Positions 37,905-50,190 of a stretch of DNA of 64,000 bases are shown piece by piece. A program made the position numbers and the translations under genes. The stretch spans positions 17,201,172-17,265,171 of the forward strand of contig CM119265.1 in NCBI GenBank assembly GCA_051294375.1, in the 5' to 3' direction. The notes below the pieces were generated by a model. It was given only the letters and a program-made list of their open reading frames with translations. It was not told the DNA's origin and ran no database searches. Position 1 is the stretch's first letter. Each line of letters begins with the position of its first letter. This DNA is from Paraspadella gotoi (lineage: Eukaryota; Animalia; Chaetognatha).

Positions 37905-38613
37905 TTTTCTTGCGCAGTCGAATTCTATCGTGATTACGATGATATGAAAATCAGTCAAGGAGACCTTGACGAAATCAGAGATCAATGGTTGAATCGTGGG
38001 GAAAGCTTAGAGGAATGTGACGAGCGTTTATTCAGGCCGGAGGAAGAGTCTTCGCTGCAGCAGCAGCGGCGGCAGCCGGTGTGAAGTTAAGACCCGTGGC
38101 TGCAGAGCAGCAAATCGAGAAAAGCTTGTGTGCGGCAGACAAACGTTGGTTTCTTATAATTTTTTAGTTATTATTACTAATAAAATAATAATTTAAAGAT
38201 AGAAAATTGGAATAGTGTCAATTTTTATTAAAATTTCAAAACATATAAAAACCGTAGTGGCATTATTCCGTTCTTAATTAAATTTAGCTGTTCTTTTGTT
38301 AAAAGCACAGAAATGCCAAATTGTTTTCATCTTGTTTATCTTTTATAAGTAACTATACTATTATATAAAAAATGTTACGTCTGGTTTTAGAACACGTTCC
38401 TTAAAAAGGTTTAAGAAGGAGAGGTAGAGAGAATAACAAGGAGCGCGAGACCTTGCCAATCCATGCCCGGTTCGCTTTTCTCACCGGCTTATATCCCATG
38501 AGAAATTGTTTCGCAATAATCACATATTTTGGTGAAAGTTATGTAAGACTCTCGTCGTTCATTGTCATCGTGTGCTTTTCCAGGTATTTACCGAATAAAG
38601 AATAAAGAAAAGT

Positions 38614-40500
38614 ATGGACTTTGGATCGAGTAGTTTAGGGGGAGGAGGCGGCGGCGGCGTCGGGGGTCGTCTCTCGGGCGCCCAGAAAGAAGCGCTCATG
38701 GAGCAAGTAAAGCAGCAAGTAGCCTTACAGGTATAATTTGCCACTCATTTTACACCGGGGTCGATGAGAAGTTAGGAAAATTTAAAGGGTGGGGCTTACA
38801 ACCGAGGTTCAGTACTATTAATTATCTGTGCTGCTGTATCTATTTTAGACATTCAACGAACTTTTGCAAAAGATGACGAACAAATGCTTCACGAAGTGCG
38901 TCTCGAAACCAGGCAAGCGTTAATTTAAAAGTTTTAATGCCTTATGACTAGGTACTGTTTTTAAATCCTGACTCATTAGTAGTCATTAGTAGAGTGATGT
39001 GAAAATAATAAAATTTTAAAAAATTAAAATTTAGCATATAAAACATAAAATTAAAATTTAATAAAAATATTTTTTTTTTATTTTTATGAAATTGGAACAA
39101 CCAATATAAAAATTATCCATTCATTTAATAAATAAGCTATCTTGCCCCTGACTTTGGACAGGCTTTGGTGGTTTAAGGCCTCCATCACTCTTACAAGATA
39201 ATGACATAGCAGGTCCCTGCATTTATTAGTGGGTGCCAGTGAGCTATTTTTATATATAATAATATATATAATAGGCTAAAATTTCAAAATGAAAATTTTT
39301 AAATTTTAAGATTGGATTTTAATTCTTTGTAAAAAGTTGATATAAAGAATGAGTATTAATTTCTTTTAAAAAAAAATTTTCAATAAGTTGGACAGAAATA
39401 TAAAAATGAAATTTGAGATAACGAAACTTTTTAAGACTGGGGGGGGGGGGTAAATTAAAAAGACATAAAGCTTAGCAGACTGAAAACCCCGGAACCAATG
39501 GCGTCGTAAAAGTTATTTTAACTGTTTATTTTTGAAAGTTACGTGATTCCCGTTTTAATAATTTAGTATAATTAATATTATTTTAAAAAAAAATATTTTG
39601 AACAACAAATTTATTTAGAATGAATTCAATTCATTTGCGCTGATGAAGGCTTACATTGAAGCTGAAACATGTTTATTTTTTATATTAAATAAATTATTGT
39701 TCAAAATAAAAAAAAAATTTTTAATATTATTAATGTAAAAAACGAAAGAACCAAAACAATATAATAAAGCATTAGTTATTTCTATTCAAATCCATGAAAT
39801 GTATACAGAATAGTACAAAAAATTTATGGCAGTATTTACGAATAAACTTTTTATAAAATTAGTACAACTAATATAAAAATTATTGCAGTTATTTAATAAA
39901 TAAGCTATTTTGCCCCTGACTTTGGACAGGTTTTGGTGGTTTATTTTAGAAAGAAGTTTCGAAATCTCGAATGACCGCGAAAGAAAGAAACGAATATTAA
40001 TATATATATATATATATAAATATATATATATTTATATCTCCGATATAAAAAAGTATCTGAGTTGTAAATGATCGTCCAGACTTTACAAAGGCTGATTTTT
40101 AATTTTTACCTTAAAAATATAGCTTTTTATTATTTGAACATATTTAATGACATAATTTATGAAAAAGATTTATATTTTTTTTCTTAACTTTTATCAAGGA
40201 ATCTGAATGTGATCTCAGAATTTAAAAAAAATTATTTTAAAATTTTGATAATATATAATTAATAATAAAAAGTAATTATAGATTAGTATTCATTAATATA
40301 ATAGTTTTCAAGATATAACTGTTAAATTTTTATTCCTAACTCATTAGTTTAAATATTACAAATATTTACATCCGTTAGGTACCTCTTTGGATAGTGGGGA
40401 ACAACGGTGCCTAACTTATTGTATGGAGCGATATATGGATACGTGGAACGTTGTTTCAAAGACTTATCAAAACAGGATTTTAAAAGAAAGAGGATCCTAA
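38614..40500 (+). CDS. TIMM13: Mitochondrial small Tim chaperone Tim13; exons 38614-38730, 38849-38912, 40379-40500
   Basis: MEQVKQQVA...[37 protein letters not shown] twin CX3C motif; intron 2 has a GC donor. Confidence 0.92.
39086..39240 (+). repeat. Short interspersed repeat (atgaaattggtacaacc...aagctatcttgcccctgactttggacaggc...); copies at ~27420, 39870, 46452-46840 (interrupted), 47526, 57023
   Basis: Near-identical blocks recognised at six positions. Confidence 0.8.
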
Positions 40501-40661
40501 CCGATAATTGATTCAAATTAGCAATCGATTGACCTTGTGCGCATCTGCCGTGATAGTGAAATTTGGATTGATAAACTCGTACTGACCATTCATACCATCG
40601 CCATCTCTTTTGTTATCATCGTTGTTATGATACTATTTAACGCCTAACTTTCAGCTTTGGC

Positions 40662-41606
40662 ATGAAAATATTTAGGAAATATGGCTTCCGAATTGCGACG
40701 GGAACGATATTTGCCGGCGTCGGGCTATCATTCTTACCCGAGGTGGCATTTCCTGAGAAGCTAAAATTATTTTACGCATATCACGTTGTCGAAAATGAAA
40801 AACGGGTCGCGCTTCCCCTTACCGTTGAACTGCGAGACATGTTGGACTCGGAGATGAGAAAATGCGGATACACGGCCCAAGTCGAAGCTTTTTTTACTCC
40901 AATTGTTCCTACGAGTATCTTCGATACTTTATTTACGCCTCTTGTCCCTCCGACGGTCATTGAAGTTTCCAAAGGCAGCCTCAAAAATTCCAAGGGAGGA
41001 GTCATCGGGCTTCCCTTCTACTTTAAGTTCCTTCCGGAACGAGATTTCGAAGTATTAAAACGATACCTATGTTACGAAGGCATTGAGGAGGAGACGGCGA
41101 ACCGTTTAACAGGCAACTTGTTGTTGTCGGACGATGCAAAAAGGTTCTACATTTCTCGCGAGCTGCATCGTCTCTCGTTCGAGTCGTTTTACTGGAAAGT
41201 CGCTTTTCTTACGGCCGGTGCCGCTTCCGGCTCTTTTTTATACCACACTTGCGGTCTCTCATTAAATCTCCGTGCGAATCGCTTCGTGACTTTTATTATC
41301 GGATCCACTTGCGCCGCTTTGGCCTTCGCGACATTCGTCTCCTTGTTGGGACTTAAAAATCACAAGGTTGCGCGGGAAGCGGACAAAAAATGCTTGGAGA
41401 TGGGCCCAAATTACGTCGCCGGCGGATCAGAATTCTACACAAAAACAATCGGCAAAAATCGAACGCTTCGCCTCTGTGGCTTCTCCGATCACTTTAGCCC
41501 CGTTGGAAGCGAACGTTACCGTTTCGGTTTGCACCCCGACTCGATTGCGCGCTTCGAGAATTTTCGGGATTATCGTCAATCTAAAACTATCGTTCCAGGG
41601 CCATGA
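40662..41606 (+). CDS. TMEM177: TMEM177-like mitochondrial inner membrane protein, copy a (intronless)
   Basis: 314-aa ORF; IGLPFYF, LLLSDDAKRFYISREL, hydrophobic helices, GPNYVAGGSEFYTK..KNRTLR. Confidence 0.75.
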   Translation: MKIFRKYGFRIATGTIFAGVGLSFLPEVAFPEKLKLFYAYHVVENEKRVALPLTVELRDMLDSEMRKCGYTAQVEAFFTPIVPTSIFDTLFTPLVPPTVIEVSKGSLKNSKGGVIGLPFYFKFLPERDFEVLKRYLCYEGIEEETANRLTGNLLLSDDAKRFYISRELHRLSFESFYWKVAFLTAGAASGSFLYHTCGLSLNLRANRFVTFIIGSTCAALAFATFVSLLGLKNHKVAREADKKCLEMGPNYVAGGSEFYTKTIGKNRTLRLCGFSDHFSPVGSERYRFGLHPDSIARFENFRDYRQSKTIVPGP

Positions 41607-41665
41607 CTGTCATTTATTCATCAACGTTATGTTATGAGTTTCCATCCCTTACAGGTGATCGTATA

Positions 41666-42352
41666 ATGGCTTTGGCCGTCGACCCTCCGCAACCCTTTTC
41701 CGCTTGGCTCGAAACTCATTTTAAGTCCCTCAACGCGGACGTCGATAGTTGTTTGGTAGACTATATCGTCGGTATGTTGGAGACTGAAGAGGATGAAGAA
41801 TCGCTTGTTGAAGGCCTCTCCGAGATCCTGGAGGAGATTGCAAGCGACGAGAAGGAACCAACTATTAGACTTATCGTGGCTCAATGGAAGGAACACCGCG
41901 CCATCGGAGAGTTGGAGACCTCGGCCTCAACAGCGTCGTCTTCTGCGTTCGATTCAGTCTTGGCTTCCGCTCTCGAAAAGCAAGCCGCCGTCGAAGCCAA
42001 GCCCCAACGAAGACTCACTAAAGACGATAAGGAGCGTCTCGAGGTGAAGGAAGCGATTCTCAACCTGGCCGCCGCATCCGCTGCCGAGGATGGCGCCCAC
42101 GGGGATGACGGCAATGTGGGACTTACCGCAGATTCCGTGGACGGGGAATCCGCCGCGCCCTCGCTTGGTCCCGCCAACCTAAACGTCCAAAAAGTTTTTG
42201 AGGAGAAGAGAGAGAAGCGAGAGCAATCGCAGAAACAGGCCGAGGCAAAGAAGTTAAAGGATAAAGAAGATCGGGAAAAACAAAAAAATCAGAAACTTGA
42301 TAAAGCCGAAGCAGAAAAAAAGAGAACTCAAAAGGGTGAGAGGCGGAGATGA
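41666..42352 (+). CDS. CCDC43: Coiled-coil domain-containing protein 43
   Basis: FSAWL...YIVGML N-terminal PWI-like region; C-terminus EKKRTQKGERRR. Confidence 0.88.
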   Translation: MALAVDPPQPFSAWLETHFKSLNADVDSCLVDYIVGMLETEEDEESLVEGLSEILEEIASDEKEPTIRLIVAQWKEHRAIGELETSASTASSSAFDSVLASALEKQAAVEAKPQRRLTKDDKERLEVKEAILNLAAASAAEDGAHGDDGNVGLTADSVDGESAAPSLGPANLNVQKVFEEKREKREQSQKQAEAKKLKDKEDREKQKNQKLDKAEAEKKRTQKGERRR

Positions 42353-43491
42353 TTAACTTAGTTTTTGGGATTTTTTTTTTTCGAAATTCGAAATTTGATT
42401 GAACTTTAATTAAAATTCTAAAAGTGAGAAATGAACAACATTGTACTAATGAACATTAATGTACAAAATTTTTTTATTCTATTGCGTAAATTTTGCAATT
42501 TAGGCAATAAACTATATATATAGTGTAAACCTTATCAATTTTTAAATTATTTTGAAATCGTCATAAAAAGTTCATTAAAAGAAATATTACTATATTTTAA
42601 AAATTATTTTGATCAGAAATCATAAAAACCTATATTTTAACCTGAAAATTAAATTTTTAAATATTAAATTTAGTATTTTTAATTTTTAACACACTTAATA
42701 AAAGAATTTTTAAAAATGATTTATATTTTCTTATAGGGGAGTGCGGGGTAATTCGGAACAGGGGTTATTCGGAATAAAATAAAACAAGTTTGAGCAAACA
42801 ATGTCGGATCTGCCCACGATCATTAACGGTAATTAATTAATAAATTTATTTATTTGATCCGACATGTTTGTTTTTGGGTCTTTTCGTCACTGACCACGAC
42901 AAAAGCGACGACGACGATGATGGCGACGACGAAAATAATGCCAATAACGATTTACTTGATTGATTGATTAAGTAATTAATTTATAAATAAATTGAATGAT
43001 TGAATAATTAATTTATTAATTTTCGGATTAATTATTAATTAATTAATTGATTAATTATTTAATTAATTATTTGATTAATCAATACATCTTGCATTTACAT
43101 TTAATATAAAAAAAAACCAGCATAATCAATTAGTGTTTTTTTCTATTTAAACTTAGACGATTCCATCGAAACTTGATTTCCAGCTTAATCACACACTTTC
43201 CTCCACACATACAAAATTTCAAGTCAATCGCCCCATCCGCAATAAAATAGCTTTTGTTGTTTTTTCCATTTAAACTCATTTCCACTCGCACGATTCGATC
43301 GAAACTTCATATCCAACTCAATCAGACACTTCCCTATAAATTAATGTTTACTGGTAGTATATTGTTCATAATCGACTTTTAGAATTTTCATACGTGAATT
43401 TCACTACGCTCTATTGCTTAGTTATAAAGTAATTTCGAGTTTTAACTGCTGAGATGTATACTTGTTTCAAGTTATTATATATAACGTAAGG

Positions 43492-44988
43492 ATGAATTCT
43501 GTTGCTACGTTTTTGGCGTCTCATGGCTTGACTGTCGCGGACCTTATTCCTGGAACCATAGCTATAACTTACACTGCATTACAAATACCTTCTGAATGGT
43601 ATCCCGAATACGTGGTTGATTATCTTCACCGATGCGAGCACAATGAAATCTTCAATAATAAATCCCTTCTCCACATGATGGACCGAGAGTTTTTAGAAAG
43701 CAACATTGACGTTTACAACATTGTTAATGCACAGGTTCGTTGATATCTGACGTTTTTTAAAGAAAACATTTTTTCTCGATTAATTATTTAAATATTCCTC
43801 TTCTTTAAATCTTCCTTCTTCTGATCAGCATTATGTTTGTTGCAACGAAGATTCGTTCGGAAAGGGATATTTTGGCGTCGGTATTAATGCGATGTTCGGC
43901 ATTCCGCTCAACTTCGCCTTCGAATCTCTTGCGGAGGCGGATAAGGGCAAGGAGGCCTGCCTAACTGATAAACGTCACCCTACGTTTTTACGATGGCGAA
44001 ATCGACTTCGAAGCTTTTTCTCACTCGAGGATGATGTTGAGATTCCTTCTGTAGATTGGGACTCTTCCGAAGGACGCGCCTATCGTGACTCTCTTCTTCT
44101 TTCGCCGATGGCTAAGCGATTTGCCATCGCTCGAGACATCCGCCGGGCCGACACGAACCACTTGATTTGGACTGGTCTGTCGGCTTATTTGGCTTCCGAA
44201 TTAGGAAGGGTTTGCTTCGACAAATCTTTCAAACGTTTGACTCCAAACGAACAACGTCTAAATCGGTATCGGTACTTTTCTTCGGCGCTTATTGTGGGTG
44301 TTGGCTTTTGGATGACTTGTGTTAAGCTCAGGTAAATTCTACTACGTTAACAATTAAACTAGATAGTAGATATGGTTCTTGAGGAATAGGAATATAATCG
44401 TGGGATCAGGAAAGAAGCACCACATTCAGATTGTGTTTCTTTAGGAATTTTTACTTTGAGCGACGTGCAGACGACTACAGCGCAACGATAGGGCCAGACT
44501 ATGCCGCTGGAGGCCTCGAATACTACGATAAGCTTATCCAAAGAAACCAGGCTCTTCGAAAGATCTTAGGAGAAAAAGGAGAAAAAAGATTCGACGAGAA
44601 GGGAAACGTTAGAAACTCTATTGACAATTGGCTGACGAATTTCAACATTCCCTTTTTTCATCGATGCTTGACGGTAATTGTTTGAAACTCCTTTTTCCAA
44701 CACACTGTTTATTTATGCAACGTTAAAAAATTCATTTTCCAGGAAAAAAGAAATTTCGTTGCACAGATTTGTCAAAATTTTGACGCCATGTCTTTTTCCG
44801 AGCTAAAGGATCACTTTGAAAAGACCGAGGTTCACCGCCAACCTTTTCGGTCCACGCTGCTCAATATTCGGAGTCACGATTGGAGGAGCAATGAAGTTAA
44901 AAACTTGGAGAGAACCTCCGGCTTGTTAGAATTCGAAAAGGAAGTAATAAAGGAAACTGAAAAGAAAGCAGGAAACTGTCCCGACTGA
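43492..44988 (+). CDS. TMEM177-like, copy b; exons 43492-43734, 43829-44331, 44445-44673, 44743-44988
   Basis: FGIPLNF, DSLLLSPMAKRFAIARDI, GPDYAAGGLEYYDKLIQRNQALR; phase-consistent introns. Confidence 0.75.
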
Positions 44989-45076
44989 CGTGAAGATATT
45001 TTGTGATCTTCTTTGTTTACGATTGTTTACGATACTAGTACTAGTTTGTGTTGTTAATTCAGTCTTTAATTTACGA

Positions 45077-47324
45077 ATGAATGCTCGTATCTGGGCTGGA
45101 GTTACGGCGACGGCCGTATCTGTGGCGGCGTTATACGGGGCGTCAACCAGGAATGGGAGATCAGACTCAGAGAGCAAAGCTAGTCTCCTGGCTAAGGGAG
45201 AAACGACTTTGAAAGCAGATGAGGTGATTGTGATTCAAAACGGCTTAGACGCTAAAGCAGAACGCCGTTCCAAGCAAAGACGAATTTTTTCTGAAGCCAT
45301 CGAAAAACTTCCGAGCGTATTTCCTCTTCCATCAAACATATGGAACGTCAACTGGGACGCCCGACATACATCTTCCAATCAGTCTGCCTCTTCCGATCAA
45401 TCTCACGACGGCACCGTCAACAGCACGAGTTTGCCAACGTCTTCCCGTCATCTTTTTCTCATTCGCCACGGCCAATACCACACGGAAAAAGCTCGGGAAA
45501 TCGATCGGAAATTGACTGAGTTAGGATCAGAGCAACTCGACCTCACGGGACAGCGATTGGCCGATTTAGGCATTCAATTCGATCGCATGGTCGCGTCCAC
45601 GATGACGCGTGCCCAAGAGTCGGCGAGGATAATCCACAAGCGATTTCCTGATCTCAACTTTGAAAGCGACCGTCTACTGGAAGAGGGAGCGCCCGTCCCG
45701 CCCGAGCCTCCAATGAAATCGTGGGCGCCTCCATTGGAACAGTTCTTGGAAGACGGACCGAGGATAGAGGCTGCGTTTCGAAAGTACTTTCATCGCGCCG
45801 ATGTATCTCAAAGTAGCGACTCACATGAAATACTCGTTTGTCATGGAAACGTGATCCGATTTTTTGTCTGCAGAGCGCTACAGGTTGGAGCATGTCTTTC
45901 ACTATTGGTATTGCTATATGGTAAAATAAAATTGCCGCGGAAACTTTTTAACTATTTTTTTGCCATTTTAATGTAAGAATCGAAAAATAAAATTTAAACA
46001 TCAATAAACTTTGGCCTTTTGTGATTCATATGAACTATCATGCAAAAGAAAATTTGTTGTCCAAGAAAATGTTTCCTTCTTTTTTATATTTAAATTATTG
46101 TAAATTTTATTTTTTATACTACTTTTTTCTATTGCTTTTTTTTAGTTGAACCGGTATTATTAAAGAGGACTGCCTTTGCTGTGTCTCATGTCAAATGGTT
46201 GCTGCATCATCTTCATTAGGATAGATTTAAGGATGAATCTTTATTCATATGTAAAAGAAGATACATTGATGCTGTAAATGCTTCAGAATAGTTTTCATAT
46301 TGTAAAGCATCAATAAAAGTTAAAAAGCTCCGGGTAACTTTTTTGTAAGCAAAATTAATATTTGTATTTATCTCAAGATTTATTTATCTCAGTAATCAGT
46401 ATCAAGTATCAAACAAGTCGAAAATAAAATAAAATATTTTATAATATTATTATGAAATTGGTACAACCAATATAAAAATTATTCATTTCAAAATAAATAA
46501 ATAAGCTATTGTGGCAGCAAGACTTAAAGCTGCCTCACTGCTGTCCGTCCTCAGCCTCGTCTCAATGGCTGAGCAGGCTAAATCATCTCATTCCATCCGT
46601 GCGTCCCGGGTTCAATCCCCGGGTATCCCGGTTCTGGCTTAAATGTGACGGCGCCGGTATAAACATGCCAGTGACAGGAGGCGGTCACTGAGGGTCCGCA
46701 GCCCCTACGCCAGTTAGTGAGATACCCCGCGCCCCGGGTATCACAGGCTATCCTCCCGTTGCCATACTATCTAATTTGGACAGGCTTTGTTGGTTTAAGG
46801 CCTCCATCACTCTTACAATATAATGACATAGCAGGTCCATTCAAGCTTTCAATCAGGACTCTCAGTCTCGATTATTCACTCCCAGAGTGCATTAGTATAT
46901 TGTGCAGCAATAACAACATTTTAGTATGTTTCATAAGTGATCAGTCCTTTTTACTGTTTGCCAAGGACCATTTCTCACCACAAATCTGTTAAAAAAGTTA
47001 AATAATTTTGTTGTTGAAAATAGATATTCTTATTCCATCCTAACTAGGTTTTACTATAAATTAAAACATATTTTTTGCAAGAAACGTATTTGACAATGAA
47101 GTTAACTAATTTTTCTAAACCGCGACAATTTTTTTTTCCGTAATTTTATTAATAATAACTTATGACCTATTTTACCCCTGCTGTAGATCCCTCCGGAGGC
47201 CTGGCTTAGAATGGGAGTCAATCATGGCTCGATCACCTGGTTAACTGTCCGCCCCAGTGGTCGAGTCGTTTTGCAGTCGCTCGGAACTACGGGTTATATG
47301 CCACCTAAGAAGATTAGTGTTTAA
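45077..47324 (+). CDS. PGAM5: Mitochondrial Ser/Thr phosphatase PGAM5; exons 45077-45883, 47187-47324
   Basis: [50 protein letters not shown]. Confidence 0.93.
46510..46766 (+). mobile_element. Solo LTR family C (257 bp) with tRNA-like head and twister, in PGAM5 intron
   Basis: Termini TGTGGCAGC...GTTGCCATA; exact TSD CTAT (46506-46509, 46767-46770); A-box TGGCTGAGCAGG, B-box GGTTCAATCCC. Confidence 0.8.
46634..46713 (+). ncRNA. Twister ribozyme type-P5, best-formed copy
   Basis: P5 CTGGC/GCCAG, P2 ACAT/ATGT, G-A, T1 CCG/CGG, U^AA (46660^46661), T2 GC/GC, P3 CAGTGAC/GTCACTG, P4 AGGG/CCCT. Confidence 0.8.
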
Positions 47325-48518
47325 CCTGAAGTTACAAAGGTTTATTTTATTGCTAATCCAATGGGTTTTATGGTCGTCGGCGGCGTCTTCCTAAGTCATC
47401 ATGCCGTTTCTTTTCCCCATTAAATAAGTCGCTTTTTTTAAACAGAAATTAACGGGTGAAGAGACAGTACAGAAATAATTGTTATGAGACTGTTATAAAA
47501 AAATTAAAAATGTTATTTTTGTTATATGAAATTGGTACAACCAATATATATTTGTGTAAAAATTAAGGTAAATTATGGTTAAGAATAAATCAAGTGTGAT
47601 TTAATTAAAAAAATAAGTTAAGGTAAGTTCGGGGTAAGTTAGGGTTAGGGGTAAATTAGGGTTAAATTTAAAATTAAGTTTCGGCTTAAGTATATAATAA
47701 TTTAAAATTTCAAAAAATATTTTAGTATTAATAAATTTATAAAAAAATATATTAATAATATTTTTAAAGTAACAGAGTTTTTATTTATGATTACAACGAT
47801 CATTTAATAATTCGGACAGAGAGAGATATCAAGGTTAAAATTGCCCCTCTCTCTACCTCCCTCTACCTCTATCAAAGTTAGTATCCAAATATTTTTTAAA
47901 ACTATCAAAGCTGACTGATGAAGATTCGAAAAACAAGAACCAAAACATATCCGAATTATTAAATGATTGTGGTAATCACAAATAAAACTGTTATTTTGTA
48001 AATATCTATCAAAGGCATTGAAAAAACAATTACTAATATTAAAAAAAAAAAAATTTAAAGAATTCAAAAGAAATCCTTAGCTCGTGAAGCTTGAAAACGT
48101 TTTTAATATCATTGTTGTTACGGTCTTAAATTTTTTTTCGTAAAGAAACGAACTTTATTTTTTCCTCTTCGTTTTCCCATAAGCCTCCAGAGCGTATTCA
48201 ACTCCGGGATCCCTATTTATATTTAATTATTTTTTTAATTTTATTTATAAATTATAAATCATGGGTCCAATGCAACGGTTTCAAAAAAACATCGTTGGAT
48301 TCGAACCTCAACCTGCTATCCTCGTTATGTAATCGCTATAGTTATAATTTTGCCATCAAAACTCGCGTTTTCCGTGTATCCAATTTTTACTTAATATTAC
48401 GAGGATCCCTATTACTTGAAGATTTTTTAAAATCGAGGATCGTACCCGACATCATACGATTATATGGCTTTGTTTTGATCACAAGTTTTAAAATGTATTT
48501 TCAGAAAAGTTGATAAGA

Positions 48519-49426
48519 ATGGCTAACGCCGCGGTGCAAAAGCTTTTTTCTCAACTGACCAAGCTGGGCATCGGCGTCGCCGTTGTTGGTGGGGTCGTCA
48601 ACTCTGCCCTTTACAACGTCGACGGCGGGCACCGAGCCGTCATCTTTGACCGTTTGGCCGGTGTTAGGGATAAGGTGATGGGCGAAGGAACACACTTCAT
48701 AGTCCCTGTATTGCAGACGCCGATCATCTTCGACTGCCGCTCGCGTCCGCGAAACGTATCTTCCATTACGGGCTCCAAGGATTTGCAGAACGTCAACATC
48801 ACCCTTCGAGTTCTCTTTCGGCCGATAAGCAACTCCCTCCCGAAGATTTATACAAATCTTGGCCTCGATTACGATGAGCGAGTCCTGCCCTCCATTACGA
48901 ACGAAGTACTAAAGGCTGTCGTGGCCCGATTCGACGCTGCAGAGCTCATCACCCAAAGAGAGGTGGTGTCGCAGACCGTTTCGGAGGAACTGTCGGAACG
49001 CGCCCAGCAATTCGGCATCATCCTAGACGACATTTCCATTACGCATCTGACCTTCGGGAAGGAGTTCACCGAGGCCGTTGAGCTCAAGCAGGTTGCCCAG
49101 CAAGACGCGGAAAGGGCCCGATACGTCGTCGAAAAAGCGGAACAGCAAAAGAAAGCTGCTATTATTACTTCAGAGGGCGACTCTAAGGTAAGTAATACTC
49201 TTTTAAATTTTGATTCTGCTCATCTATTACGTCAGAGAAAAAAGTGGTTTTTTTTGTCTTTAAGGCGGCCGAATTACTCGCGTCGGCTTTCCAAGCTTCC
49301 GGTGAGGGTTTGGTGGAGTTAAGAAAAATCGAAGCCGCTGAGGAGATCGCTGCAAATTTGAGCAAATCTCGAAACGTGATTTACCTGCCTTCGGGACAAC
49401 AGACTTTGTTGTCCCTTCCGCAGTGA
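48519..49426 (+). CDS. PHB1: Prohibitin 1; exons 48519-49187, 49265-49426
   Basis: [50 protein letters not shown]. Confidence 0.97.
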
Positions 49427-49617
49427 TTTTATTTGAGAAGTTGAGGATATTGAGGTCGCGTAATGACGAAAGTGAACTAACTGAAATGAAAAATATTTTT
49501 GCCGAGACTTTTAATTAATTGTACGTGCGTTTCGCGTTATTTATTACTGCGATCTCCGAATCCGAATAAGTGATACTATGGTGAATCCTCGTTTGTTATT
49601 TCAAGTTTTCATAATAG

Positions 49618-50174
49618 ATGTCGATGATATCAATTTTTACGAATATCGTGAAAAATAATCCCCGAGTCGTCATTCTTCCTGTCGCCATTGTCGTCGGCTT
49701 CGTCGGAGTCAACTTGGAGAATTCATTTCGAGCTCCCACGCCAAATGCAAAGGTAAATGCAGAGTAATGCAGAGTGAAGCGCTGATCCACATTCTGTTCT
49801 ATTTTTACATAAAGAATAAATACAATTACAGCAGGCTTGGTGATGTGGCCCATTATTCTTAACGCGCTGCGATTGAACACACCTTATGTACTCCTACCCA
49901 TAACCGTGACTATCGGGTTTATAGGCTATAACCTCGAAGATCGACTGAGAGAGAATAAGAAAGACAAGGTAGATAAATTGAATGAAACTTTTTCATTTCC
50001 TCCACCCCGCACCCCTCTTTTATTTTCCTTTAGTCAAAATCGTTGATGGAGGAGAGAGCGGATCGCAATTTGCAAAACATTGAAAACGAGGATCCAACTC
50101 GAGTCTCCACTCTCAAAGGAAAAAGCTTCGTTCCTAAATCTAGTCTCGAAGTCAACAAAGTTCGAGATCCTTGA
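49618..50174 (+). CDS. SMIM12: SMIM12 isoform a; exons 49618-49752 + 50034-50174
   Basis: MSMISIFTNIVKNNPRVVILPVAIVVGFVGVNLE..., phase-0 GT donor to the shared exon SKSLMEERADRNL... Confidence 0.65.
49843..50174 (+). CDS. SMIM12: SMIM12 isoform b; exons 49843-49968 + 50034-50174
   Basis: MWPIILNALRLNTPYVLLPITVTIGFIGYNLE...ERADR..DPTRVSTLK..FVPK matches the SMIM12 pattern. Confidence 0.85.
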
Positions 50175-50190
50175 AAACAAGCATCTCTAA

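Noticed and set aside
39597-39706. Hammerhead-like core CTGATGA-aGGCTT..AAGCT-GAAACATGTT within an inverted repeat (Penelope pLTR-like)
   Set aside because: Stem I cannot pair; at most a decayed remnant.
41603-41665. ATGA overlap of TMEM177a stop with an upstream CCDC43 ATG (translational coupling)
   Set aside because: Homology starts at ATG 41666 and a good acceptor lies at 41654.
47457-47495. tgaagagacagta match to family A LTR end
   Set aside because: Too short to call a copy.
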